Made by a program: the position numbers and the translations under genes
Assembly (NCBI GenBank): GCA_051362555.1
Contig: CM120640.1
Location: 50,818,788 to 50,882,787, forward strand
Direction of reading: 5' to 3'
DNA length: 64,000 bases
From: Lingula anatina
Lineage: Eukaryota > Animalia > Brachiopoda
In this document: positions 25,370 to 39,344 of the stretch, piece by piece
Layout of the letters: each line of letters begins with the position of its first letter
Position numbering within the stretch: position 1 is the stretch's first letter
Notes under the pieces: generated by a model
The model's input: only the letters and a program-made list of their open reading frames with translations
Told to the model about the DNA's origin: nothing
Database searches by the model: none

Positions 25370-27241
25370 TAAAAAAGGTCAGACAAGCCTAGAAATCCTT
25401 TCCATATACTTTCTATATCGGCGGCTAAACCTAACTTTTCTCGAAAAAGCAATTTTCAATACGACCGAATTATATAGCTCGACCATGCAGTCATTATAAT
25501 TGGTACCAGTGATTAAAGGGCCTATTGTCTTATTTCTGATGTACATGCATCCGGTGCATGTACATGTACCGGTAAATACATGTACCTAGGCCCTACTAGT
25601 ACTTAAAAAAAAAAAACAGAGGACCTTATCAGATAAGCTGAAGTGAGACCCAACTGACAGCAAGTGGAAAAGTGATATTCTTCAAAGAAGTAGCACACAT
25701 TTTGACATACTTTACACAATCATTATCGCTTTTATGGCCTACAAACACCGAATTCAACCTGAATCGCTCTTTCAAAATTTATATTATACCATCAAATTGA
25801 GAAGCCAGGGTTGGAATATCGGACAAAAAGAAATCTCAGTCATATACAGAATCCAACCCTAGCTTCATAAATACATTAATTGACATTAAAGAGCATGAAC
25901 GAATTATAGCAACCAGAGTCCGTCTTATCAGCTCATGACCTTATGGTGGAAAAAGGTCGCTGGTCGAGGGCCCCGTATGTACGTGCATTTGCAAGAACGT
26001 GCCAACTGGGGAGCATGTTCTGTGTGACTGCCCGTTTACAGCCGACTGAAGAGAGGTATTCACTAACTTGCAATTCAGATCAGTTACAACCTTTTGGACA
26101 AATACATTTTCTAGCGATATATGCAAATATGTTTATTTCTCCAATTCAATTGAAAAATGTTTTCTTTATCTCTTGTTAAGAATATTTACCTCTATCTAAA
26201 AAGTTTGAGACAAATCAAATCTATTCTTAATGGGAACAGGCTTTCTGCAACTTGTCATTTGTGAATTATTGATTTTGTGAAAGCCACTTTTAAATTAAAA
26301 CAAATAATACATGTAACATTATCTAATTATTGAATTATCTTTTGTTCTATTTTATGTGGGGTGGAGGTCTCTTGAATAGGGCCTACCAAAAAATTACTAA
26401 CCTATTCTGCACTCGAGATATCTATATTATATCTTTGTCTATTTAAGATTTTTAACACGTTTTGAATATGAAACTATTGTGAGGGTCCAATTATTTATTC
26501 AAAACAGCAGCAACAAAAATCTTCCGGGATAGCTTTAAATCAGGAATGGCGTAGGCCCTAGCTCTCGGGAAATGCGAATGTGTTGCAAAAATTGTGTGAG
26601 CACATCTAAAGCAATGGCCGTTTTCACTTCTCAAATTGATTATAGTGAGTTCTATTCAGCTATCCAAACCAAGTTCTCTATTTGAAATAACTAAAGGGCA
26701 TAATAGGTTTATCAGTATCTGCTGGATTTCTGACACGTAATATTGACATCACACCGCTACGTCCAATCAGACGAAAACAACAGGTCTGGCATTTCCGCAT
26801 TCTATTGCAAATTGAGGAATACACCAACGGAAAATTCATGTATATATAATTTTTTTTTCGAACAGTGCAAGAACACTTGCGTCATGTCAGCAAAGAACTG
26901 TGCGTCTGCTTAATATGACTCAACATTTGTGAATACATGGAACAATGGCTTATTCAAAACAGTTAGTACTGTCTGTCTTTAAAAAACTGAACATATAAGC
27001 ACTAACCGTCACAATTAAAATACTCGAAGTACCTCGTAGGTGTAATTCACTGACGGTAGGGACTGTATTTTCTCTGTAAGTGAAAACAGTTGTGTATTTT
27101 CTCACGTCTCAATGATATCATTCCTATGGTGGGCAATATCAGGAGGGATTTAGGGTGGTGAGGGAGTGAATACAAAATGTTTATAACCCCACGAATTCGC
27201 CCACATAAAAATGTTTTTAAAGGTAATGAAGGCCACATTAT

Positions 27242-27954
27242 CATGGGTCCAAGCTGTGGCGTCAATTTTGAAAGATTGGTAATGTAATATTATAAATATC
27301 TTGAGAGGAAAGATACGTAAGTATTTTGCATGGCAGAGATGAGCAGAGAAGAGCGGCATGGGCTGCGAGAACCATTGCACAGAACGTATGTCGAATTTTT
27401 TTTGTTTTCCGATGAGTTCACATGCACCCTTAACAAAGTGGATGGATAAGTGAGAAAATGAATAGAGAGCATCTTTGGGCACATACATTATCCGTCTTTT
27501 TTCCAGGATGACTGTGGCAAAAAGCAATGGACAGGGCATTCCAAGATGGCTTCATAACCAAGGTACTAACAGGCTAGAATGGCAGGCGTTACCCAGACGT
27601 AAACCCCTTTGAAAACCTGTGGAATAAAATTTACCAGAAACTCTATAAACCAAGATCTAGATGTTCTTAGAGCCTGGGCCAACATAGTCCCCAGAGATAA
27701 CTACACCTTTATGACTTTATGCCCAGGAGGACGGTAGCCATTTTGAAGTCATGTGGCTTTCCTACAAAATACTAATGCTGGCACAATAACATATTGTTTG
27801 TGCAAGGGCAAAGCACTGGCCTTCAAGTCTGTAGTTAAGTTATTCACTTGAATTGACCAAATTTCAATAAAATACTGTATGAAAAATCCATCACATTCAA
27901 CTATTATATCTTAAAACTAAATGGTGCAATACTTATGTCACCCCACGCCTTGTA
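27242..27954 (+). mobile_element. Decayed, internally deleted Tc1-family transposon (DD34E transposase remnant)
   Basis: Fragments in the expected order: FSDE (27405), FQDD (27501), RLEW / PDVNPFENLW (27593-27622), MPRRTVAILKSCGFPTKY* (27719-27775). A Tc1-like right end gtgcaatacttatgtcaccccac...tgTA follows at 27923-27954. Frameshifted; the left boundary is uncertain. Confidence 0.8.
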
Positions 27955-29869
27955 TATTTGACTTTGAAAATGCTTTATTTTCTCCTTGGTGGAAGTATTT
28001 TAATAAGAGCGCGTCGAAACATTCTTGATTGTGATGATATGAAAATACGAAAAGAGAAAGGTTCATATTAAATCAATGTAATATTTTTTTTTATTTCGAG
28101 AGTTAAGATAATTATTCTGCACGAATTGATGAAGTTCTATACTTACAGTAAGGTGTCGTGGCACATATTGGATTGAACATGAAATGAGGACACAGTGTTG
28201 AATTTTAGTACCACGAGTTAGTTAAATGTGTAGGTTGCTATTGGACGCCCCTCCACAAAATTAAGAATAGGAGCATATGCATACTTGCAAGAAAGTAGTT
28301 TTTGCCTTTTCAAAGGTTGAAGCGGTTTGTCTCGTAGGCCTACTCTCAAGGACAATGTCATTTCACTTTGTAAACTTTCATGATGAGTCTCGTGGGGGAA
28401 AAACGTACATGCATTACGTTACAACTGTGCTCTAACCTTAAATGTGCCGCTCCCAGATGTAATTCCAATTAAGTGTCCTAATGCAAAATACAAGACAATT
28501 ATTGTTTGCATTTATCATAACCAACCATGCGCACCGAGAACTCCTACGTGAGGCCACGCTGGTGGTACTCAGGTAAATCGCACTACTGATATATATCTTT
28601 CTTTACACCTTTGTTTTGATTGACTCTGAGTAAGTGATGGGTGGACAGGTGAAAAACAAAAAACAAAAAAAAAACGAATGTGCACACGAAAGCATTGAGG
28701 AGTTGAGATTAGTAGCCTACAGTGGCCCTTAGCTTTCATTTAAAACTGGCAAATTAAAATCAACCTGGACTTGAAACATTAGCTTTGTACAGTAGTACCA
28801 CCGAAACGTCAAATCGTCTACCGAAATCGTCTAGCTCAAAATATGTTGCTTTTGAAGGAATCCATTCCCAATGATAAATTACTGGGGGAAAATGGATATT
28901 TTTAGTCCTGAAAAATAATACCCTCGATACAGAATCGAATTGAATCACAGCTAGTGAACGCTAATGGATTGCTGTAGAATGCTCCTCTATGCGTTCATAT
29001 AGATTTCTTGATCAGTGCTAGGTTATTTCCCAAAGCAACATTGGACTTACTTCTTCATCTTTATAGCTCATTGTTGGCCGAATATCCTCGCGTTAACCTC
29101 ACAGTGACCTCATGCTGTCACCAATGAAGACACAGGATGTGTAAACGTCCTGCCCGGCTCACTAAAGCTACGTTTTTTTAATTACACAAAATTAGGGATT
29201 GATTGCAATTCTAAATGGTTGACCAATATCGGAAATGCTACTGGCCCTTTTCCGGTGCGAAATTATCGTATCTTTTATCCACTGAAAATCATTACAGTTA
29301 GCACATTGGCCCAATAGTGAACAGATTTCAATTAGATATCGGGAAGGCATTCAAAAGCCATGGGTAGTCGACAGGTTCACTTAACATTAGGTTTGGAGGC
29401 GTGCTGTGTGGATTTCAGTTAGTTGTAAGATGAACATATATTCCTTTCATCTGAGACGAGCAGAAACATATTTTTGCAATAGGAATGTGTCTTAACATCA
29501 CTGTAAAACATTTAAGGGGCCTACTTACAATGTACATGCAGTGCACGAAATGTAAACAGTATACGGGGTACTGATCCATTGCTAAATTGATGTAACCTTC
29601 ACATGGGACCTGAAATACATCCACCGGGGTTAGTGTTCATCTTGTATTACATTTCTCTCACAGCAAGGATTACATTAGTGGTAACATTCGGTATCCATTC
29701 AGAAACCGAACTGACTTGTATGCTATGCTTGCAACTCCATGTATTACCTACATGTAGGTGTTGATGTTTAACAGTACCCAAAGAGACAAAAAAAGAGTTT
29801 GAAAATGGTTAAAACGAATGGTTACCGTATATTTTGCACTTTGCCCCCTACACATATGTTGGTCTCTTA

Positions 29870-30044
29870 TGCCGCATTCAGAACAGTGGACTAACTAGTC
29901 CGAAGGTCAGATATGGTCGACCCACTTGAATACTTCACCACTGGGAATCTATTCAGTGGCTATTAACGGATTAGACGGCAAGCTTTTTCTTGGGTCGCCA
30001 TATTTGACCCGCGGACTAGTTAGTCGACTATTCTGAATGCGGCC
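29870..30044. mobile_element. MITE (~175 bp) with ~55-bp TIRs, possibly PIF/Harbinger-type
   Basis: gccgcattcagaacagtggactaactagtccgaaggtcagatatggtcgaccca versus right reverse complement gccgcattcagaatagtcgactaactagtccgcgggtcaaatatggcgaccca. Flanks TTA and TCA. Confidence 0.8.
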
Positions 30045-32229
30045 TCATATAAGGCAACTGTCGCGCAAGCCTATATTGGCAGCGATATATAAGCGCCAAC
30101 CTTGTTGTCAACAAAATAGCAGACAATCTAGACATAACTGTTACTGTAGAAGAACAACGACAGGCGCAGGAAATTAATCTGTGCCACACATAATAAAAGA
30201 AAACTATATGGACACTTTCCATTAAAACAAACGTCTCACGGAGCAAGCAATTTCCTCTTGTGTTTGATTAAAGGGGAAAACATATCTGGTGAACTGTTCA
30301 AAATATGCCTTATTGATAAATACCCTGTGAATGTGGACGTTCTGAAATATTAGTGCTCTCGTGACACAATGGGCAAATGCTGCATAAACCGGAATTGGCA
30401 GCATCGAAGTTTTGAATAGGGTACAAGGATAACAGCTTTAATGGACTGCCATATATGGCACCAACGCTAACTCTCTTATACAAGTGGCAATAATAATAAT
30501 ATCGGTCGCAGTAAATCAAAACTTTTCACATAAAAAGAATTAATTTCGTTACTTTCAGCAAAAAAATCCATTTTCTCTCGACAGTGAGGAAATTTTGTGG
30601 ACCAAACACTTTGAAAAGAAATTATTTTTATTGCCAGGTGATGGTGTTATCAAGCCTGGTGAAACTAGGTATCTTCCCCTTAGATGTCACTATGACCGTC
30701 ATTTGTGAATTGCAGAAGATAGAAATTCAGCTCTGTATAATTTTATTAAGATTATCCAGCATGATTTATTTTGCAAAATGTTTGTGCGTTCAATCGAAAT
30801 CAAAGCCTGTAAGAGTGATGAGATATTTTGGGTTGCGTAGGGTATTTTTTGCGATTGATGGGCAGTAAAGATGAGGAAATTGCTGTCTGATCATTGCTCT
30901 TCATTGAAACTGATCTAAGTTCTATTGATAATGGCAAAATGAAAACAATCGCTTCTCTCGTATAGACACAACGAGAACGTCATTGCTACCAATATTTAGC
31001 ACCCAAAACACGTTATATATATAATGTTGTTGATGCGCCTTCTGCCAATTACAGTTTCCAAAGAAACGTGTGCAAGAGACCGTTGCGTAATCAGTATTGG
31101 CATGTGAATAATAACGGCAAGTGCGGTAAATGCCAACGCCAAAAATACGTATTACAAAGCTCATTAAGGTTTAATTAAGTGCAGGTTAAGACACCCAGGA
31201 TATCCCGTTGATGTCCCAACGCCTTCTCTTTCCTGTGGCTGCAGAACATACACTTCCATCCGGATAGATGACGTAGTTTGAATACAAGCAGTGAAGTACA
31301 GGCGGGGTACAGATATGTATTTTAATACTGACTGTCAACAGTTTGGTCTGGTGTTATGACTTCACCCAATGTGTTGTGCCGAAATCTTACTTTAAGAAAG
31401 GTATTTGTGCAATCATTTAATTAGTTGTAAATCAGTATTACAATTTGATATATTTGTTGTTGGAGTATGTTGGATTCAGAAAACGCTGACGAAAATAACT
31501 TTTTGATATTAATTAGTGAAAAAAGCTGAATTTTTTACCAAAAAACAAGAAAGACTCAAAACTACGGTATTTATCTTGTCAAGGCGTATGCGTCAAAAAC
31601 CGTCATATCAATACTGTCTAGAATTTTATTTAGATTATCAAACATGATAGCTTTCTTAAACTCGGCAAGATATGGTTTACGAATTGAATATGGCATGTTT
31701 ATCAGCCGAGCCTCTTGCGCTTGACTTCAGCAACTTGGATTGGCTGCACTGTCTATTGCTAGGTTCATTACCTACTGGCGTTTATTCTAATGCAATCAAT
31801 AAGAGTAGATTTCTATCCCCTTTCGAATCGTTTAAACATTACGGTTGCAATTTTGGCCTAATTATACTGGAAATCTTGTTCAAAAACAAGACTAACCTTA
31901 AACTAATTGCTTTCAGCCCTAATTGTTGTATTGCTTTTTCTTGATTACGGTCAAGTGGCTTACCTCGCATACGAAATGCGGCGGAATAAGAATGTTATGA
32001 GCAGAGCAATAACACTGTTAAATGCATTTCAGAGAGAACAAAATGCATCCGAATCTCTCATTTTGTGCTCGGTTCCATAATGCAGCAAAACCGACAATTG
32101 ATGTAGACAAGTGGTCGGTATTCAGTTGATTGGTTCTGCAATTTCAGCAAAATTCTTCACCAACGCATCCAGGCCTGTTTGAGATGCCCATTTACTTTCA
32201 CGTAAATGTTTCCAATATCTTAGTTAATT

Positions 32230-32680
32230 AATTGTTTTTAGGTAAAAAGACGTGCCTAACTGGTCCTGATATCTATTTAAGGTTTCTTTTATGGGGAAAT
32301 GAATCAACGGGAGGTGAATATTGCCCTTCTCTCGATGTTGTCGAAGTTGATTAGGCAAATCGTACATATACAGGGGGATGCTGGATGCTTCCCAATACCA
32401 GAAACGCGCTGCACGATTCAATTGACCCCTAACCAAGCGCGTCATTGATCTCAAGTATGGAATGCCTATGTAACACCGTGTAACGAATTCATCGCCAGTA
32501 ATTGAATTTATTGAGAGAAGTGAGGCAAAGAGACATTGGCAGCAAATGTCGAGAAATAGTGGTTGATTGAGACGTGTGTCATGAGGAGTGCGTGAGGCAT
32601 GTACCTGTTCATTTGGTAGTTGTTCCCGTAAATTCAATGCGGCAGTAATCGCTCTTTGAAACTTCAATTGGATTTATCCT
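32230..32680 (-). pseudogene. Possible highly decayed MULE (Mutator-like) transposase fragment
   Basis: KFQRAITAAL...LPNEQVH resembles the MULE motif DFExAIxxA...FPxxxxxGC, with weaker downstream similarities in the expected order. Catalytic residues are not preserved. Confidence 0.3.
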
Positions 32681-33524
32681 TTAGAACATGGAGGAAACAA
32701 AGGTCAAACTTAACATCGTGGTAACAATTAAAAACAAGTTGTATGCGAGAACATTATCGAAGTCGTTTGGTCCTTAGACTGCTTTTTTGTACAGTACTAC
32801 TATGCAGTGTATTCATCAAGATTGCGAAGAAAGAAAATGTTTTTTTGCCTCTTTATCTGCACGTACACCATTTAATGTCCTAATGTTTTAAAATATATCA
32901 TCGCACTTCTGTCAAAGTAACCGATGGGAGGCCATAGAAATGTAAAGTAAAGCTCATTCATCTGGGTATGATTACTTTGTTGCTGGATTTTGTTGCCAGT
33001 CAGTGAGTCCAAAATAAAATGATTGGGAATCTGTCCAAGGTCATAAATGTATGATCAGATTGTTTGTTTGACAGGAAGTGTGAAACTTAACTCAATAGAA
33101 CGCAACCATCAGGTCGTTGTGTTGATTTTGTCACGTACTTAACTTGATTCTTGTGCGATATTCTTCCCTTCAATCAAGTGATGTTAGCAATTATCGTTGC
33201 GTGCATCGTCAAAAAGGGACACTAATGCCTATATGAAACTGCACACTGAACAATAGGAGATGATGGCATAAATTTATAAAATGTAAAAATTAAAGGGACG
33301 ATATGTCATGTATTGGTCTTTTCATTTTCTTAAAATTCCCTATTTCTGTAAAATTTTGCTAGACTAAGTGAAGTGAAAAAATGTGGTCTTAAAAACATAT
33401 ACACAATTTGGATATTTTTTAGTATGTGGAAAGAGTCATGGGCGGTAAGCACTCAAAACTTGTGTAGGATGCCAGCAAAATCCTTTTTTTTTTTTGGATT
33501 GCTTTCGCGTTAAAATCTCGTGAC

Positions 33525-33552
33525 CCCCCCCCCCCCACACACACACACACAC
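33525..33552. repeat. Poly-C plus (CA)n simple repeat
   Basis: Directly visible. Confidence 0.85.
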
Positions 33553-35805
33553 AAGCACCACCAATCTTTATACACAAAATGCACAAAAACAACACACAAA
33601 AACAAAATCGACGTTCCTTCTGAAAGGTGTTTATATTATTAAGTACATTAGTTATTTACATTAAATATCTGGATACGTGTACATGGTGCTCTGGTTTATG
33701 GAATTGGCTTTAAATCCCCATATCACGTAATCTTTTGAGGTCTATTGTAAGGTCTCCCTCGTATCTAAAAATCCATATCTCACGTTAGCTGTCAAGGTAT
33801 AAGTATCTTACAGATCTCTATCATATGTTTTATCTGTGTTTGACGAAAATCATGGACACGATCTCAGCATTCTCAGTTATCTGGGCGACTATGTATGGGT
33901 TCTTCAGATTAGCTGTGGCCTGTTTCACCGGATCAAAGAGAGATTGGTGCTGTCAGATGTAAATACCGGTTTTTTCACCACTGTAAACTCATTTTTGTAA
34001 TCTGTGAATGCAGTTTACAGCAGTAAGTGTTCTCTTGTCTGTGACATTCCAACAACTAACTGAGCACTTCTTTAATCAAATTGGTCCTTGAAAGCTACGT
34101 CAGTTCTAACCAATATAGTGACAGAAACATTGTTTTGTGCTTTTATTCATGAAATGCAAATTCCTGTCGACCCTGTCATACCTTTTGGTCCGCCCAATCA
34201 TCAATTTACTTCATTACCATCATTTGTTAGTGCAATTGCGTCTTAAAATATATATTTTACTGTCTAACTATGCATGAAGTACAATGTATTTCTTAGCATG
34301 TACATGTAACTTTATTCGCAGTTATTTCTTAATCTCGTATTTCAGTTTTCAAGGACCATGAAAGCACACTAAACGTCATTTCATTACTCTTATCTTGATA
34401 CGCTAGTCATTACGTAGGTTATTAAGGATTAGTTTGCAGTTAGCTGAAAAGACAACTGTAATTGGTATTTAAATAGAGGAATCATTCTGTGGGGAGAAAT
34501 TTTGTGCGAATTTGGAAAAAATACACAAAGTACGTTGATATAGTAACTGCCCTTCGTTGATGTCAACACACATTGCTCGTGGTTTTACTGCCAACAAAAG
34601 ATTGCGCAACGTATGAACGGATGTAAACCAATTTCCAGTATGCTGGCTCTTTGAAATTAGCAATACGGTTTCACGTCTGAAATATGTTTCACAGAGTCAA
34701 TCAGCGGTCACTGAAATATAATGAAATCCTAACACTATGTAGCGTGTGCAGTATGGATGGCCTACTTCGTCAGTCTCCCACCTTCAATTTATTCAACCTA
34801 TGCTGGGATGGGAGCATTTCTTAACAAACTTACAAACAAAACTTGAGGAAAAATATTCGTATATATATCATGTAGACATGTCCAAAATATCATTATCTGT
34901 ACAATGGCAAAATTCCATCAACCAAAGAACAGGGATGGAGGTCAATTTTATCTTTAACAGGGCCCCGTCCGCTGTGCCACCTAACGGTCAGTAATTAATA
35001 ACTTCCACTCAGTCCTTCGTCCAGGCCGTTAGCTAACATGTGAGCTTCATAAATATTTTATTTGTGTATAAAAAACGACCTTTTGACTAAGCAAGATATT
35101 TTTTTTCGATTTTGGACACATAACCACATCATATTTCTGAGGAACATACTTCCCTCATTTATAAATACAGTTTTTTATGTACTAGATTAAAACATTATTC
35201 ATTTATATATTTCTTTAACTTGAAATCTGATAATATCCAGAAACTTACATATAACCCTCGATCTGATCCGCAAATAGTTGGTAGGCAATAAAGAGACTTA
35301 GAGGGAGGTATGCTTACATGTTTGATGTCAATTTACCAATTATATATACAATATAGATACGTTATACATACTAGTATACGACTGGTACATTAAGTTAGGT
35401 GAAATGAGTTTTCCACTGTCTATTGTGTAGTGATGGTAAAAAAGGGACCAAACGTCACATGTATGTCTCAAAGTAACCACTTACTTTTTCATCACAACGG
35501 GTTGCATGCATGGACAATTTTCATATTTAATGGAATTTATCAAAAATTGTAAATATGCACTTGCACTGTATAAAGATTATTTTCAACCTAGAATTTCCTA
35601 GATCATCCACTGATAAAGGGGCCTTTCTGATGAATCGGTTATTGGAGCTGAGCTTGATTATGAAAAATCCTCTCTTGCACCCAAAAAGGACCATTTGAAT
35701 TGGGATTCGTCGACTTCAATTGGAAATTTAAAAAATACAAATCGATATAACTTCAAATATCATTGCAAGTACATGTATGTCTGTCTATAAACGTTTTTAA
35801 TCAGA

Positions 35806-37437
35806 TCACACGTAAGTGGTACAGCGTCTGCGCTTACTGCATGTCCCACTGGGCCATATCAGTTTCCGAAACGCCACTTTGAAATCTTTGTTAAAGAGGG
35901 TATAGATAAGTGGATTCAGTCCAGAATTGCAGTAACCCAGCCAAAAGATTACAGCAAAAACTGCGTTGTTGATTTTGAATTTGAAAACCACAGACAGGAC
36001 GTAGGTGAAAAAGAAAGGGAACCAGCACAACGTAAAGGCCGCAATAATTACACCAACCACCAGGCTGGCCCGCTTCTCTCTGGCTCGTGCTAGACGGCGT
36101 TTCTGCCGCTCGTTGTGGCGCCTTAGTAGATCAGTTTCTGTATTCACACCAGTGTCTATGTCACTTTCACATTCACCAGAATATTTACTCATCCTGCTTA
36201 CTGCACTTGTAACTGAAGATTTCTTTTTCCTAATTTTGTTATATACCGCATGTATTCTAGACCCCGCTTTGGCCCCACCCTTAGAGTTATCTGACTGGTT
36301 GTAGATAAATGTCACTTTGCCATTATGAACGGGCCTTTCTTGCTCGAAGGTAAAATGGGGTTTCTCGTTCTTATCTTCATCCTTTTCCTCTACCAGATGA
36401 TCATTGGAAAAGGAAACTCTGCGTCCATTCGAGGTTCCGTTCGAAGATAAAGTATCGTCTTTATTTTTTCTAACCATAGTCATTATGCTCTTTGTGCAGC
36501 CAGATGACTTTCGAGGCCCATCACTACTGCCACTAGTAGACGCTGATCTGCTGTGGGAGGAATAACCCAGTTTTGGGTGAGATGTGTCCATTTCACTCTC
36601 ATTTTTTTCTAACGCATGTGGAGAATGTTCCCCGGATTCTGAATCTATTTCCTCGTAATAGCTGCCAATAGATCGTTTAGTTTCTGCACGTGGCATGCTA
36701 TTCATGGATACACCGTTATTCTCTGCAGGTTTCCGACTCAAATTTTTAACATGTCGTCTGGCTCGAGATTTGGCTGCTCTAAATATATTCCCATACACAA
36801 CCAGGATGATAATAAGGGGGATAAAGAAAGACCCTGTTGTGGAATAAAGCACATATCCGATGTCGTCTGTTAGTTCACATCGATGGGGTTTTTGTGGTTT
36901 CTTCCAACCAATTAAAGGTGGTAGACAAATTATTGCAGATATTATCCACGCGGTTGCAATCATAATCCCAGCTCTAAAAGGGGTTCTCTTTTTAACGTAC
37001 TCTACTGCTCTCGTGATAGACCAGTATCTGTCTAAGCTGATGATGCAGAGATTAAGAATAGAAGCTGTAGTTAACAGGACATCCATGGCTAGCCAAAGTT
37101 CACATAATACTTCGCCAAAGTACCAGTACCCCATCAGTTCATACGACAAACATAAAGGCATGATTAGAAGACCAACCAATAGGTCTGCCACCGCTAGGGA
37201 AACCAAAAATGAATTCTGAATAGAGCGTAACTGGTTGTCTGTTAGAATGGCCAATATTACCATTATGTTTCCAAATATAATTCCAATCATGATGGCGACG
37301 ACCACTACTGACGCTAAGGCAATATGAAGAGTTGAGTAACAGCTTGGAAGAGCGCATGTCGAGTTTAAACCACTTTCTTTTTGATTTACTGTCGTGCTAA
37401 CGTTGTGAGGTGACTGCAAAGTCGTAATGTCCGACAT
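35806..37437 (-). CDS. ADRA2: Alpha-2 adrenergic receptor-like class A aminergic GPCR, intronless, ~543 aa from MSDITT (upstream in-frame ATGs exist)
   Basis: Seven TM segments with GN (TM1), QNSFLVSLAVADLLV (TM2), D3.32 in WLAMDVLL, SLDRYWSITRAVEY..KRTP, TM5 YSTTGSFFIP, a long ICL3, AREKR, CWFPFFFTY (TM6) and FWLGYCNSGLNPLIYT..NKDF (TM7). These match alpha-2 signatures. N-terminal NVS and NST sequons. Confidence 0.85.
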   Translation of the reverse strand: MSDITTLQSPHNVSTTVNQKESGLNSTCALPSCYSTLHIALASVVVVAIMIGIIFGNIMVILAILTDNQLRSIQNSFLVSLAVADLLVGLLIMPLCLSYELMGYWYFGEVLCELWLAMDVLLTTASILNLCIISLDRYWSITRAVEYVKKRTPFRAGIMIATAWIISAIICLPPLIGWKKPQKPHRCELTDDIGYVLYSTTGSFFIPLIIILVVYGNIFRAAKSRARRHVKNLSRKPAENNGVSMNSMPRAETKRSIGSYYEEIDSESGEHSPHALEKNESEMDTSHPKLGYSSHSRSASTSGSSDGPRKSSGCTKSIMTMVRKNKDDTLSSNGTSNGRRVSFSNDHLVEEKDEDKNEKPHFTFEQERPVHNGKVTFIYNQSDNSKGGAKAGSRIHAVYNKIRKKKSSVTSAVSRMSKYSGECESDIDTGVNTETDLLRRHNERQKRRLARAREKRASLVVGVIIAAFTLCWFPFFFTYVLSVVFKFKINNAVFAVIFWLGYCNSGLNPLIYTLFNKDFKVAFRKLIWPSGTCSKRRRCTTYV

Positions 37438-39344
37438 TTTGAAAGTGAGTAACGCCCGGATGGTTGTCATGGTTTTTGGGGTCGTCTGTAAAGACTGAGT
37501 ATGAAACATAACTACCTGAAAACAAATTCTCAATATCAATCTTTTCAAACTAGATTTACATCTCTCCCTTTGTGTCCACTTACGGCTTTACATTATTGTC
37601 TGTATAACATGCAAGCGTTCGTGATAGATATTTGGATGTGTCACATTAATACCCTCAGCATTTTGAAATATTTACCACTCAGCAACCCGTTTTGAAGTCT
37701 TGGGCAAACGGCTATAACAACATATGGTGCGCCGAGTACAAAGCGTTTCAAAACGCAAGGACACTAGAGCAGAAAATGTATTCAACTTGCTCTTCAGTTA
37801 AAAAATATAATCAAATATGATCTTTTCCTCACGAAAACGCTAAATACGACGGTTCATCTGCTCGGAAGCACATAGCAAGCTGATAAATACTTCTCGTGAT
37901 TACAGTAATTCGAAGCACATTACAAATCCCAAGGATGCGTATAATAATGTATGGTCGAACTGAGAACATTTCCTGATGGTAGAGCAGGTAGAACTCTCAT
38001 ATAATGTTGAAAAACTAACTGCATTAGTTTATGTTGACAACGAACACGGACAATGAACAATTACCTCCTTTTATTATTCCGTAGATATTCTTCAGCGTTT
38101 AATGCAAATTCTGCTTCATTGGCAAAAACGCTTTGGTTCCACGTGAAACACATCCAATTGTCAAAATCTTTGAATTATTATCTTTACATGTTCAGAGCCT
38201 TTTGGAACACAGGAGTGGGTACAGTCGGTGTGGTAATCAAGCGACGAAGCACAAATGACAAAAGTCAAGAACAAACACCTTCTTATATGTCACCATTAGT
38301 TTTCGGCTCAATCAACCAAAGATTGAAACACCTCTGTGCTCATAGTGTCTCCAAAATCCTGACCTTGAATGTCGTCTTGTATACCAGAGGCACATCAAAA
38401 CACGTTGCACTCATTTTTTCTGTTTCGTTTGCCGTAAGGCATGTTGCCATATTTCTATAACCGGCAGTAGTAGCCTAGACTGCTCTTAAGTCTCGCTAGC
38501 GAATCAAAACCACGTTGCCAATAGACACGAAGATACAGTCACGGTTGAGGATCACATTCCTTGAAACTGGCACCTCGGAGACTCGTTTCGTCTGAAATGA
38601 AAAATGAGCATAAATTGACAAGTTACCCCTGAAGATTTCCAGAAAATCAAATGAATTAGGAAATTCTGTCTCCAGTGTGAGCTCAGTGGGCTGTGATCGC
38701 GCTGGAACACAATGAATTCGTTTAAGGAGGATCACACTGATCAATATCTTTCAACGCCAGGATTTATGATCAGTAAAACATTTCTAATTACGCATGATTG
38801 GTTCACCAAAATAAAATTTTCTCTAGCGAACACACGTGTGCTACATATACGTGATTTATAAGTCGTGTTCAATTTGGTTCCCACAACAGATCTATTTTTT
38901 TTTTACCCTGAGTGTCAGGGCACAGTAAAAGCTAGCTTGTTAAAAATCTTGTGATGGGATCGCTTTTACTTTACTTTTTCGTATTGCTGATATGGTTATA
39001 TATGAAATCTAGATCAAGATGGCAATACGTAAATCTAGAACTTAGGGTAATTTTTTTTATGAATCAAAATAAATAAGTAAATGAATAAATAGAGATAAAG
39101 AAAAGCAACAATAATTTACCCGTCCTTTGAAAAGACGAATGCACATTAGGCCTACAAATTACGCATAATGTTGAACCTCATTTTATGTGTATCAGTGTAC
39201 CAGAGACTATGTATTCCATGTGATTATCCAATTTTTTTCCTTAGTCTCCAGGAGATACATAAGAAATAAAGAAAATACAAGCAGACGTGAAACAAAGGCT
39301 GCAAATCTGTCTGTAACAAATTGCCTATATTTGCGAATTAGGTG

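Noticed and set aside
36005-37219. Plus-strand ORFs of 99 and 119 aa
   Set aside because: Antisense shadows of the GPCR coding sequence.
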